NCBI RefSeq assembly: GCF_009914755.1
Contig: NC_060947.1
Source: the human T2T-CHM13v2.0 reference genome, Homo sapiens
DNA length: 64,000 nucleotides
Strand: one strand, 5' to 3'
Shown here: positions 1 through 11,264 of the stretch, piece after piece
Layout of the letters: every line of letters starts with the position of its first letter
Position numbering within the stretch: position 1 is the first letter of the stretch
Translations under genes and position numbers: made by a program
The notes under the pieces: model-generated
What the model saw: the letters and a program-made list of their open reading frames with translations, nothing else
What the model was told of the DNA's origin: nothing
Databases searched by the model: none

Positions 1-1599
1 TATCACATCTGCTTACAGATGAAGAATCCAAGGCTCACAGGGTGTGTGAATTGGGATATAAAAACAGGGTATTTCCTGGGTATTTCCCAGGATCACGTGG
101 CTAGTGAGGAACAGGGCAGAACCCGACCCCTGTTCTGAATTCCTTTAGAGCCCATGCTGTTCCCACTTCTCCCAGCCCGAGGCTGACCTCCTGACAGCGA
201 CTTCATTTTTCTTCTCAGCACTGCACCATGTCTCTCAGGTGACAAAAAGAAGGACCTCGAGGCCAGCGTAATAAAGCAGGCCTGGAGAACGCGACAATGA
301 GAATCAAACACCATTTGGGGCTGGTGTGCGCTGGGTTCCCTGAGAGCTGACACTGGCAAGATGTGTTCATTTCTGTCCAGCCCCAGCACTTTCAGAATTA
401 CAGCACATTTCCCCGGGTCACTTCCATGTGTCCTGTCTGACTCCGGAACCTATAGGGCCTGCTGATCAGCTCCTCACTGGTCCCCACAGAACAGCCCAGA
501 ATCCCCTGCTCACCTCCTGACAGGGAGCATTCCTTCTCACAGTAGAAGTCCTCTGGCTGTCCCGTCTCTCACCCAGGAAGCCATATGATATCAACAATCC
601 TTTTGATATAAAAATTCACATGGGGACAGTGACGTTTAGACACCTGGTTACCACTCCGGTTGTCTTCAACACACTCTCTAATTGTTTTCTGAAAGGGCTG
701 AGTAGTCTGTTTCTCCATATTATCTAAGGGTTCTTGTGTGATGTCACCCTGAAGTGAGAGGAATTTGGAACCACCTTGATACCTGAAATCAGACTTTCAC
801 AGGGCGTCCTTTTGGAATTCGCCTCTGAATACATGCACAGATAAATGGTCAAAGAGCAAACCATCCCTCATGAGTACTAGATGAGAAAAACCTTGGGAAA
901 TCCCAGTGGAACAAACATCTACTTACTGAGGCTGAATTCCTAAATTTCTGGAGTCCTCCAGGAGTCTAAAAACGATTCCTTGAAAACATGTCAACTCTAA
1001 TGAAAGAGGAATAATTAAGCAGCCTTCTGTTTCTTGTCTGTTTACCTGCTCCACGGGAAAATACTGGCCTTTATTGTGCCTACAGGCACTCGAGAGGTGT
1101 TCAGGCTTGTGGAGGGTAGCAGAAATTCACAGGTTAACATTTTGACCGGGAATCAAATGGAGGAAAAATGCTCAGCCTACTAAGGATTAAAGGGTATTGC
1201 AAAGGGAAGCCTTCTCGCCGAGACTTTCAAGATTCTTGGGCAGTTAGTTGTGATCGTATATTTGAAAACATCAGTTACATATTTGACACTGGAAAAAGTT
1301 GGAGAATGTCACGGCAAATTTGGCCTTCTCAGAAACTCCTCCTAGAAATGAGAAGGGTAGTGTAATACCAAAGAATCACAGTTGTTTTTGTTGAGCACCT
1401 ACTATGTAACAGTTTATGGGGGAGGGTATAGTACTCACACACATTTTGTCTCTGTCTCCTTCCTGGACACATGGGAACAGTAAAGTCCTTGCAGTTAGGA
1501 TGGGTCATGTGACATTTCCTTTATACCAATATAGGAGCAGAAGCATTGTTTGTCACATCCAGGCATGTGGGAGCCAGTGTGCCATTTCCAAGCTTTCTC

Positions 1600-1803
1600 T
1601 CCGCTTTCACTAGCAAACATGGCAGCTTCATCTTGAGATGACGGAATCACAAGGTGGAAGCAGCTTGGATTCCTGGGTCCCGTGAGAGTGGAGAGCCCCT
1701 GGCAAACTGCATCAGAACTTATTTGCACATAAAATAAACTTGTGTTGTGGCAAGCCATTCGTGGTTGTTCTGTTGCAATGGCTAGCAGTTACTTAAACTG
1801 ACA
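1600..1803 (+). mobile_element. Old MaLR (MLT1-like) LTR 3' portion; paralogs near 18200-18395 and mirrored copies
   Basis: aaataaacttgtgttg...aagccatt...ttgttctgttgca...ctgaca resembles an MLT1 3' end. Recognised by eye only. Confidence 0.35.
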
Positions 1804-2139
1804 TGGCTAGTATTTCTGTTTGTCAGGTTTAATTTTTTTTTATTTAAAATGTAGTATTGTACATATTCTTATTGCAAAACTTATAGAAATGTAGATAATT
1901 CACAATTTTCCCCTTTACAAATCTCCTCCACATTTAACAACGCCCACCACCCCCACCGCCCCCTCAGAGGTCACCACAATTAACGGTGTTGTATATTATT
2001 TTACTGCTGACTCTAGGCTTCTCACTGACAGATAAACTATAACAATATGTTGTTTTTATTTAATATACAAGAACAATGATATACATACTGATATTCTTTT
2101 ATCACTTTATAAAATGGATGTAGGATCTTTCCACAACGG

Positions 2140-2164
2140 TAGATAGATAGATAGATAGATAGAT
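2140..2164. repeat. (TAGA)n microsatellite
   Basis: tagatagatagatagatagatagat. Confidence 0.85.
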
Positions 2165-4199
2165 CTTTCTCACTTTTGAAACCACTTTCTATAATTCTAA
2201 AGTAGACATGCACCACAATTAATTAAACTCTTTCTTCCTAGTGGACATATAAGTTGTTTCCCATTTGCTGTATGATAACTACAATAAAATCAACATCTCT
2301 GAATATGAATTTTTAGGCAAACATGGTTTTCTTATAAGAAGGATATATTAACATGGACACTGGGTTAAAGTGAAAGGGTGAAAATAGTTTAACATTTAAA
2401 ATATTTCTAAAATGTTATTACAAAAGTGCTGTACCAATTCAAATTCTCATAAAAATCACAATTGATTTAAAATTCTGAAATGTGGACAGGACATTTCTTC
2501 TCTGCTTTGAGAAGGATTTGGTGAGACTGAAGAGGAGCCAGGTAATGAGAGCAGACAGGAGACCCTCAGCCCGTGAGGGAGGATCCAGGGAGGATCCTGG
2601 GGAGAGCCGTTGCTAGCGTCCATGAGAGAGACCACATGCGAAACCAAGTCCACAGAGCCCCAGGCAGGCTGTCACTCCGAGCTCTAAATCCAGACTTCAG
2701 GCCGGTGGGGTCAGGGGCCTGAGGGAGAGAAGGGGGAAGGGAGGAGGGAGGACAGGACAATGAATAGGAATAGAGTTGGGAAATCCCGGCAACATCATCA
2801 CCAGCTGGAGGGAGCCCTGTGATCTGAGTGTTGGCTGAATGCACCAGGGCTGTGCTGGTCAACCTTCCCGCCCTCAGAATCCCCTTCCCTCTCTCAGGAA
2901 GAGCTTGGCTGACTCCCTGCGTCATTCTGGGCCAGCTACCTCTCTTGAACACTCCAGTGGTCCTTTGTACCTTCACCAGCGTCCCAGATGTGGGAACTGT
3001 CTTCATGCCTGCTGGGGGCTGGTGTTTTATCCCCCGGGGACCTTCTATAGAGGCTGGGCTATGTGAGTGGGTTGCTGACTGATGACCAACTGCCGAGACA
3101 GGCCAGGAATGCCCATGAGCAGTTGAAAGGGGCAGTGGGGCTGCATGGAGGAGAAATGGGAGGAGGAGTGCCCTGGGACTAGTCAGCTCAGACTCTGCAG
3201 ATGAAGGATTGGCTGTGGACGTGCCTTGAAAATGTTCCAGTTGGCCACTGTGTCTCAGATAGCCTTCTGTGGCTTCTGAACCCTTGGCACAGAACGGGAC
3301 AGGAGTCCTAGGGCAGTGACCGCTGGCGTATGTTGCCAGATGACAGTGTCTGGGGTAGGGGGCTGGACCAAGGTGTGTACGTGAGCAGGTTGTATGGCAA
3401 GGCAGTGCAGGTGGCAGCTTTCCTTGTTAAACTGATGGGGACGTGTGGGGTCCAATACAGGAAGCATCCTGTTGGGAGCATCCTCACCTCCATGACAGTG
3501 TTTGGGCCTGGGGAGAAGGCATCTGCAGTGACCCTCTCCGTGGTAGTTTCCACAGGGTTTCTGAACCCAAGTGAGCACAGGTGAAGGAACTGTGGGTTTC
3601 TTCATGTAGGCAGGAGGCCCAGGAAGGGCAGACTCCATAATTTGAATCAAAGAATTCCCATGCCAGGTGATTTCATTCATTCCATGCACGTATTGATTCC
3701 TACAGAAAACTTTTATTCAATATATGCTGAGGAAACACCAAGTCAACAAAACAATAGAAAGTGGCAAGGCCCTTAATTCAGTCTGTAGGGAGTCGGGGGA
3801 GATGAAGAGGTGGTGTGAATCGCCCATCTGAGCCAGGGAAGCCAGGAAGGCAGAGCCAGACTTGGGGACTGGCAGTGTGCAAGAAAAGGAGAGACAGCCT
3901 GTGTCCGGGCCAGAAAGCTCTCCTTCTATTACACTATCGATCTGGTTTTCTTCCTGGATGCTGCCTGTGTGTGAAAGCAACTGCTGCTCTCTGTGCCTAC
4001 CTGCCTCTGTTAGTAGGGAAAATGGTCATGGTCAGCGGATGCTCACTTCTGCTCACCTTGGATCACTTCTACTGAAGGGATGGTTTGACAACAAGAAGAC
4101 AGGAAGAAACTTTTGGGGAGGATGAATATATTTTTCACCTTCACTGTGGTTGTGGTTTCATGGGACTAAACATTTCTCAAAACTCTTTGATTTGTTTCT

Positions 4200-4740
4200 C
4201 AGTACTTAGGAGAAAAAGTAAGCAGAAAACCAGGAAGGATATAGATGACCTGAAAAGCACCATTAACTACTCTGACTAAATAAAACAATAAGAAAAGCAC
4301 CGCATTCAACAATAGCAGAATAAACAATCCTCTCAAGTGTGCATGAAATATCTCCCAAGATAGATGGTATTCTGGGCCATCAAACAAAGCTTACAAATTG
4401 AAAAGAATAGAAATAATAGATAGCCTCTTCTTAGGCCATAATATAATTAAACTCAAAACCAAACACCAAGATATCTGAAAAACGCCCAAATATTGGAAAT
4501 TTTAAAATAAGCTCCTATATAACCTATGGGTCAAAGAGGGAGTCTCAGGAGAATTTTAAAAATACATTAAGTTGAATGAAAGTAAAAATGTACATACAAA
4601 AAGTGGGATTCTGCTAAAGTGTGTCCTTGAGGGAAATATATAGCATATTTTAAATGTTTATATTAGAAAATGAAATCTAAAATCAATAACCAAAAGTTTC
4701 ACCCTAGGAAACCAAAGAACGAAGAGCAAGTTGAATTAGA
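4200..4740 (+). mobile_element. Degenerate L1 ORF2 (endonuclease-region) fragment; copies at ~23430-23975 (+), ~37660-38205 (-), ~56870-57410 (-)
   Basis: A-rich sequence with L1-like motifs (gacctgaaaagcaccattaac, agcagaataaaca..ctctcaagtg, gggtcaaagaggga). No intact ORF. Confidence 0.65.
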
Positions 4741-4853
4741 GAAATTGTAGAGGATGCCCCCCTCCCTTCCCACACTCCCACCTCTTTCCCCTTACTCCCT
4801 ACCCCTACCATTTGAGACACACAGACACACACATCATTTTGCAACATGTTCAC

Positions 4854-4859
4854 TTTATT
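4854..4859 (-). terminator. AATAAA poly(A) signal of left CSAG2/3 copy
   Basis: tttatt on + strand ~285 nt past the stop. Conserved in all four CSAG copies (24083-24088, 37542-37547, 56750-56755). Confidence 0.75.
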
Positions 4860-5143
4860 TTCATCACCATGGGGCACACTCTTTGGGGTGTAAAATGTAC
4901 TCTACACCCTGTTGGCTATTTATCTGGGGTTAGACCTCTGGAGACTTTTCAGATAGACTTGAAGTCTCTGGCCTTGCCCGGGAATTACTGGCTGTCCGAA
5001 GAGAGACTGGAGAAGGTGGTGGTCTCCTTGCCCTTGTGGTCCCGCTATGGCTCATTTTGATTGAGTTCCTCGTTCGGCTGGTCAGAGTGGCTGGATAGTG
5101 TTGGCCCACTCCATTCCTCAGGTTTTTTTGAAGCGGCGGTCTT

Positions 5144-5685
5144 TTAGGGAGAGCCTTTTGTTCCTGGAACTTCCTTGATGGGTCCCTTTTCCCTTCCGGG
5201 TTGTCTTGGGAACCTGGAAGGAAACAGGGAGATCAAAGAAGGGCACTGGTTTGGGGAAGAGGATGGAGGAGGGGTGAGAACAGGGGCTTCATAGAGAAAT
5301 GGTGCAGGCTGGGGTGGGGGTTGTGCCAGGGGAGGACAGGGTAGGAGTCAGAGCTTGGGTGGGCCGTTCACTTTGATAGGGCTTCTGGGCCAGGGTTGAG
5401 AGGATGCCTTCCACTTCCTCGCCTCTTTGGTGTTGGTGGGTGGTTGTTGGACAATGGGCTGGAGGCTTGTGGTTTCCTGGACATCTTCACCAGACCAGCG
5501 TCTCTCAACAGTCTACTCCAGTCCACCTGGTCTCTCCAAGCCTCCCCCAGGACAGTGAAGGCAGGCCAGCAGGCTAGAAACTCACAGCGCATTTTTATGT
5601 TAGTCTTGTGGTAGAATTCCTTTTCCAGGAAACCTTGGTCTTTTCTCTTAACACCTTCAACTAATTGGATGAGGCCCATCCACAT
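5144..5685 (-). CDS. CSAG2: Chondrosarcoma-associated gene 2/3 protein (TRAG-3), 127 aa; exons 5685-5372 and 5213-5144
   Basis: MWMGLIQLVEGVKRKDQGFLEKEFYHK...PEALSK, GT donor, ccag acceptor, then FPRQPGREKGPIKEVPGTKGSP*. An upstream GC donor would give 110 aa. CSAG2 versus CSAG3 naming is ambiguous. Confidence 0.8.
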
Positions 5686-5837
5686 TATGGAAGTTAAACT
5701 GCTTTACTTAAAATCAACTGATTGTAAATGTTGATCACATCTACAAAATACCTTCACAGCAACATCTAGACTACTGTTTGACCACACAGCTGAGCAGTAT
5801 AGCCTAGACAAGTTGACACATAGTACTAGCCATTGCA
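5560..5837 (-). mobile_element. MLT2 (ERVL) LTR 5' portion overlapping the CSAG 5' CDS
   Basis: Minus strand reads tatgtgtcaacttgtctaggctat...ggtcaaacagtagtctagatgttgctgtgaaggtattttgtagatgtgat...cataatgtggatgggcctcatccaattagttgaagg, matching the recalled MLT2C/D consensus. Confidence 0.75.
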
Positions 5838-5952
5838 CATATCTTGCACCATACAGAAATGTAACTCAAAATGAACTACAGACTTTAAATGTCAAAATTA
5901 CTTTTTTTTTTTCTAGGAGGAAACAAAAAAAAAATTGTGTCACCTGAAGTTA

Positions 5953-6173
5953 TGTCTTAAGTCAGCTCAGGCTGCCATAACAAAATGCCATTGAGTGAGT
6001 AGCTAAAACAACAGAAATTTATTTTTTTTCTCACAGTTTTGAAGTCTGGAAGTCCTAGATCAAGGACTGGCGGGGTTGGCTTCTGGTGATGGCCTTATTC
6101 GTGGCTTGTAGATGGCCCTTTATTAATCTGTCCATTCTTGGCCTTTCCTCTGTGCATGTGCAGAGAGAGAGAG

Positions 6174-6249
<76 letters not shown>

Positions 6250-6440
6250 GTCATGTAGGCACAAAAGTACTTTCTTCTGTCTCTTCTCCCTTCTTATAAC
6301 CAAACTAATTCTATGGGATCAAGGTCCCACCCTTATGGCCTCTTTTAACATTAATCACTTCCCTAGAAGCCTCATCTCCAAATACAGACACCCTGGGGCT
6401 GAGGGCTTCAAAATATGAATTTGGTGGAGGACATAAGCAT
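5953..6440 (-). mobile_element. MLT1 MaLR LTR with internal (GA)n; copies at ~25175-25600, ~36005-36450, ~55190-55657
   Basis: tgtcttaagtcagctcaggctgccataacaaaatgcca...agatcaagg...ggtccacccttatggcctc...cttcaaaatatgaatttggtggaggaca. Confidence 0.7.
6162..6247. repeat. (GA)n microsatellite, about 20 bp longer than its mirror at ~55383-55448
   Basis: Direct reading. Confidence 0.9.
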
Positions 6441-7411
6441 TAGCAAAGAATAGACACACAGATTAATAAAACAGAATAGAGCTCAGAAATAGACCTGCAC
6501 GCATATAGTCAGGTGATTCACAACAAAGGCAATAATGGTGAAAGTACAGGTTTTCCAACAAAAGGTGTCGGAACAATTAGACACCTATACACAAATTATA
6601 ATAACCTGGACATATCCTTACATATTCCATGAAAACTAACTCAAGATACATCATAGGTCTAATGAAAAATGCAAAAACAATACAACCTCTATAAGAAAAC
6701 ATAAGAGAAAATCCACATAACTTTGAGTTTGGTGATGAGTTTTTAAATTCAACACCAAAAGCATGATCAAGGAAAGAAAAATTTGCCAAGTTGATTTTAT
6801 TAAAATAAAAATCTTATGCTCTTCAAAGGACAATGTTAAGAGAATGAAAACAGAAGCCACAGACTAGCAGAAAACATCTGCGGTACACATATGTGATAAA
6901 GAACTTGTCTCTACAATATATGCGAATTCTTAAAGCTCAATGATAGAAAAAATGAAAATAGTCAAAGATCTGAACACACACTACACAAAAGAAGATATAC
7001 ACATGGCAAATAAGCATAATAAAAGTACTGAGCACCCTTTGGCATTAGATAATTGTGTACTAAAATGGGATACCACTGCACACCTATCAGAATGTCCAAA
7101 ATCCATAGAAAACCAAAACAAAGAATACAAGACCAAGAACAATTGCCAGCGAAGATGTGGAGCAACGGAAACTCTCCTTCATTGCTGGTAGAAATGCAAA
7201 ATGGCACAGCCACTTTGGAAGGCAGTTTGGCGTTTTCTTAAAAAAATGAAAATAGACTTAGCACAAGATTCAGCAGCCATACTCAATCAATTTACCCAAT
7301 TGATTTGAAAACTTATGTCTACATAAAAATTTGTATATGAATGTATACAATAGCTTATTTCATAATCACCAAAAATAGAAGCATCCAAAATGTATTTCAT
7401 TTGGTGAATGG

Positions 7412-7446
<35 letters not shown>

Positions 7447-7715
7447 ACCAGACATTGATACTACTCCTCAATGAAAAGGAATAAGTTCCAAGCCACACAA
7501 AGTTATACATGACTCTTCAGTTCATTATGCTAAGTGAAAGAAACCAGTCTAAAAAGGCTACATAGTATAAGATTCTATTTATATGACATTCTGGAAAATG
7601 CAAAATTATAAAGATGAAAAACCTATCAGTGGTGGCCATGGGGTTTATCCGACAAGCACAAGGGAATTTATCAGGGCAGTGAAACTGGTATGCATAATAC
7701 TGCAATGGTGGTTCC
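6441..7715 (+). mobile_element. Old L1M ORF2 3' part/3'UTR remnant; copies at ~25600-26915 (+), ~35290-36000 (-), ~53905-55190 (-)
   Basis: aacagaatagagctcagaaatagacc, acaccaaaagcatgatc, gaagatatacacatggcaaataagca, cagccactttggaaggcagtttggc. Confidence 0.75.
7412..7446. repeat. (TA)n microsatellite (interrupted; mirror at 54176-54218 is pure and longer)
   Basis: Direct reading. Confidence 0.85.
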
Positions 7716-7720
7716 GTGCT

Positions 7721-8085
7721 TGCTTTGGTCTGAATATTTGTGTTGCCACAAAATTCATCTGCTGAATTACCAAGGTGATGGTATTAGGCAGAAGGTGGGG
7801 TATTTGGAGAATGACTAGATCATGAGAGCAGAGTCCTCATGAATGGGATTAGTGTTTTTATAAAACAGACTCCACGGAGATCCCTTATCCCTTCTTGCAT
7901 GTGAGGATCTAGGGAAAAGGCAGCTGTCTATGAACTAGGGAGCAGGACTCCACCAGACATGAAATCTGCCAGCACCTTGATCTTGGACTTCCCAACCTCC
8001 AGAATGTGAGAAATAAAGTTGCGTTGTCTATAAGCCACCCAGTCTATCACTATTTTTGTTATGGAAGCCCAAACGGACTAAGACA
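7721..8085 (+). mobile_element. MLT1A-like solo LTR; copies 26919-27282 (+), 53537-53901 (-)
   Basis: tgctttggtctgaatatttgtg...gccagcaccttgatcttggacttcccaacctccagaatgtgagaaataaa...aaacggactaagaca. Confidence 0.75.
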
Positions 8086-8207
8086 ATGGCACGAGGCATT
8101 TGTCAAAACCCATAGATCTTTACAGCACAAAGAGTGAAGCTTAATGTATGTAAAGTTTAAAAGTAACTTAAGAGGTTGGAGAATCACGGGACGGCAGGTA
8201 GAATGTT

Positions 8208-8208
8208 C

Positions 8209-8235
<27 letters not shown>
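8208..8235. repeat. (CA)n microsatellite
   Basis: Direct reading; mirror at ~53387-53413. Confidence 0.85.
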
Positions 8236-8241
<6 letters not shown>

Positions 8242-8689
8242 GTATAATAGATATATGAAACCACCACAATGAAGCAAGTGGGGGGAAAAGTTAACACATT
8301 TTGTACTCCATCAAAGAAATATATATTTTATAAAGTTTAAGTTGGCCAGATAAGTGTGTAACATAGTTGAACATTTGATAATCATTTATTTAATTTTTTA
8401 GATATGAAAACTATCGGCTTTTTGTTTTAAAAAAATCCTTATCTTTTAAAAATGCATATTAAGTTATTTAGAGATGAAATGGTCTAATGCCTTAGATTTA
8501 CTCCACGTTATTCCAGCAGCTCATATGCAGGTAGGCGAGTGTTTAACTGGAACCAGATTTGCTGTGTATTTAAAGATGTTCATGCTCGGTATCAAGTATC
8601 CTGGGTTCATTATATTCGTTCCTGTTATTCTGTATGTGTGAAGGCTTTCCCTAATAAAACTTTTTTATCATAAATATGCCATTAAAAGT

Positions 8690-9960
8690 GAAATCCTAAA
8701 TGAAACTGACCACTTTGTAGAAATAAAATAAATCAGTAACCAAACTGATCCAAAGAGGAAAAGAAAACTTTAACTATACAACAGAAACTGTACAATATTC
8801 AAAGCTCAAGCCACCCTCAAACATTCCAGGTTAGACAGCTTTGGAGGCCAATTTTACCAAATGATCAGGGAAAACTAACCACCGCCTTATATCAACTCTT
8901 CCAGAACATACAAAAGACTGACAATTGTTCAGTTCATTCTCCCAGGCTAGCCCTCCTGGATTTAAAAACCAGATGAGGACCACATACCTCCCCTGATGGA
9001 AAAAGAACACATCAAGTAAGCTCTCTTACACAGCAGTAAATATCCTACATAAATTAGTAGTACATTAAACGAATAAACAGGCTCTGCCCAAGGAAATAAA
9101 ATATGATTTAACATTAGAAAAAACATCTGTTTCATTGTGATTCCTTACATACAAAATGGAAGAGAAAAAAATTTGATCCTGCCAACGGGTACAGAAAAAG
9201 CTTTTTAAATAAATTTAATATGAATTCATGGTAAAAAAGAAAATATTTAGGCAACCTATACTGAAAGAGAACTTCCATTTCCTAAAATCAACAGCAAACA
9301 TACTTAAATGTCAAATGTTCGAAGAATTATCATTCAAGTCAGGAACGAGAAGTAGATGTAGCCTATTATCTCTACATTTGAAATCAGGATTGAGACACAA
9401 AGAGCTGTAAGTACCGAAATGAGTGAGTGGTATGAACATTGGAAAAACATGTAGTGTTTAGTGATAATACCATTATCGATCTTGAAAATTCAAAGGAAAA
9501 GGTATGCGGAATATTCAAGTGCATCGGCCTTCAGAACGAGGTGTGCAACAGATTACTACAGCAAAATCAAAATCTTCACCTCACGAAAGCAATAACTAAC
9601 TACAACAATTGATAGACAATATGCCACTTGCAATAGCAACAAAATCCAAGAATTACCTGAATAGAAGCCTAATAAAAATGTATAAGTTGTTTATAGAGGC
9701 AACTACCGAAGTATACTGACATATTCAGGAAAAAAGAGCTTGAAATCCATAGAGGAGTATAACATATTCATTCACGGGGAACACAACAGTGTAAAAATGT
9801 AAACTCAGCTTAAATTATTTACAATTTAGTGCCTTACCTGTAGCCGCCGACATTACAAGCAAATTTGGGCTGCTGTGCTCTGCTTCCCAAATCAACCCTG
9901 TAAATTTATAGAATGGAAACAGAAAGTAAAACACCAGTATCAGCAAGAAAATCTACACAA
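8690..9960 (+). mobile_element. Very old L1 ORF2 (RT-region) remnant; copies at ~27870-29150 (+), ~51660-52930 (-)
   Basis: A-rich with L1-like motifs (aaactcttccagaa, gatttaacattagaaaa, caagtcaggaacgaga, ccacttgcaatagcaacaaaa). Heavily diverged. Confidence 0.5.
9838..9897 (-). other. 60-nt CSAG upstream coding exon (ATG at 9853, MSAAT-); mirror 51725-51784 (+)
   Basis: tttacag|ggttg...ATGTCGGCGGCTACAG|gtaagg. Paralog of the CSAG1 MSATT exon. Confidence 0.65.
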
Positions 9961-11070
9961 CAAAACAGGGAAAGCCCAGAGTGAGACTGGAGACTGTGTT
10001 GAGCTGGTACTTGTGTGTGACACTTGCAGTGTCTGTTGGAGGGGGTTAGCGGCAGAGATGTTGGGGAGGTTTGTAGCCTGCCTAGACGGCAGATGAAAGA
10101 ATGGGTAGAATAAAAGTTTTGAATTTTCCACTTCACTTCATTGCACAATCTGAGGCAGCCCCTGAAAACACGATGCCAAGAGCCCTAGGTAATAGCAGTG
10201 TCCACCAGGAAAATTGGGTTTGTTAAGGCAGCATGGCTCCAGAGTTCTGCTAATAACAACCTGAAACCAACAGAGTGGGAGAGGAATTATGTTTTTTAAA
10301 AAAATTCTTTCAACAGAACACAAAGACTGGAATGGAAGTAGACTAGGATATCAGAGTGAATCATGCATACTAAGGGTAGGTGTTAGTTCATAGAAATAAA
10401 TATATATATTGCTACCTACATATATACTTAGAAGATATGTAAACCGTATTTCTTCAATTCAGAGAATAAATCATTTAGGACCAAAGGTTTGCCAAGTGTA
10501 GCTCTGGCTGGGGAGGAGCCCCCGTGGGAAGGTGTGCGTCTTCTCCCAGAGGTCACTATCATCGCGGGAGCTCCTGCCCTGCAGGGAGCACCTGGCCTGG
10601 CACCCGCAGCCATTCTCTACAAGGGGTGCAGATGCGCAGATGCGCAGATGCTCAGAGGTGACAGAAACAGAGCATCTCCCACCCATTCCTTCATCAAACA
10701 GCCAGGAGTGAGGAAGAGGACCCTCCTGAGTGAGGACTGAGGATCCACCCTCACCCACATAGTGGGACCACAGAATCCAGCTCAGCCCCTCTTGTCAGCC
10801 CTGGTACACACTGGCAATGATCTCACCCCGAGCACACCCCTCCCCCCAATGCCACTTCGGGCCGACTCAGAGTCAGAGACTTGGTCTGAGGGGAGCAAAC
10901 ACAATCGGCAGAGGATGGCGGTCCAGGCTCAGTCTGGCATCCAAGTCAGGACCTTGAGGGATGACCAAAGGCCCCTCCCACCCCCAACTCCCCCGACCCC
11001 ACCAGGATCTACAGCCTCAGGATCCCCGTCCCAATCCCTACCCCTACACCAACACCATCTTCATGCTTAC

Positions 11071-11264
11071 CCCCACCCCCCCATCCAGATCCCCATCCGG
11101 GCAGAATCCGGTTCCACCCTTGCCGTGAACCCAGGGAAGTCACGGGCCCGGATGTGACGCCACTGACTTGTGCATTGGAGGTCAGAGGACAGCGAGATTC
11201 TCGCCCTGAGCAACGGCCTGACGTCGGCGGAGGGAAGCAGGCGCAGGCTCCGTGAGGAGGCAAG
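11071..11264. promoter_or_regulatory. CpG-rich bidirectional MAGEA2/CSAG promoter with MAGE exon 1 (donor after 11264) and antisense CSAG exon 1 (donor at 11070)
   Basis: ETS-like ggaagt and ccggatgt, CRE-like tgacgc/tgacgtc, CpG cluster. caag|gtaaga on + strand, gggg|gtaagc on - strand. Confidence 0.75.

Noticed and set aside
6055-6418. ERERER/LSLSLS ORFs
   Set aside because: Translations of the (GA)n microsatellite inside an MLT1 LTR.
6577-7765. Short ORFs with L1-like peptides
   Set aside because: Fragments of decayed L1 with no coding potential.
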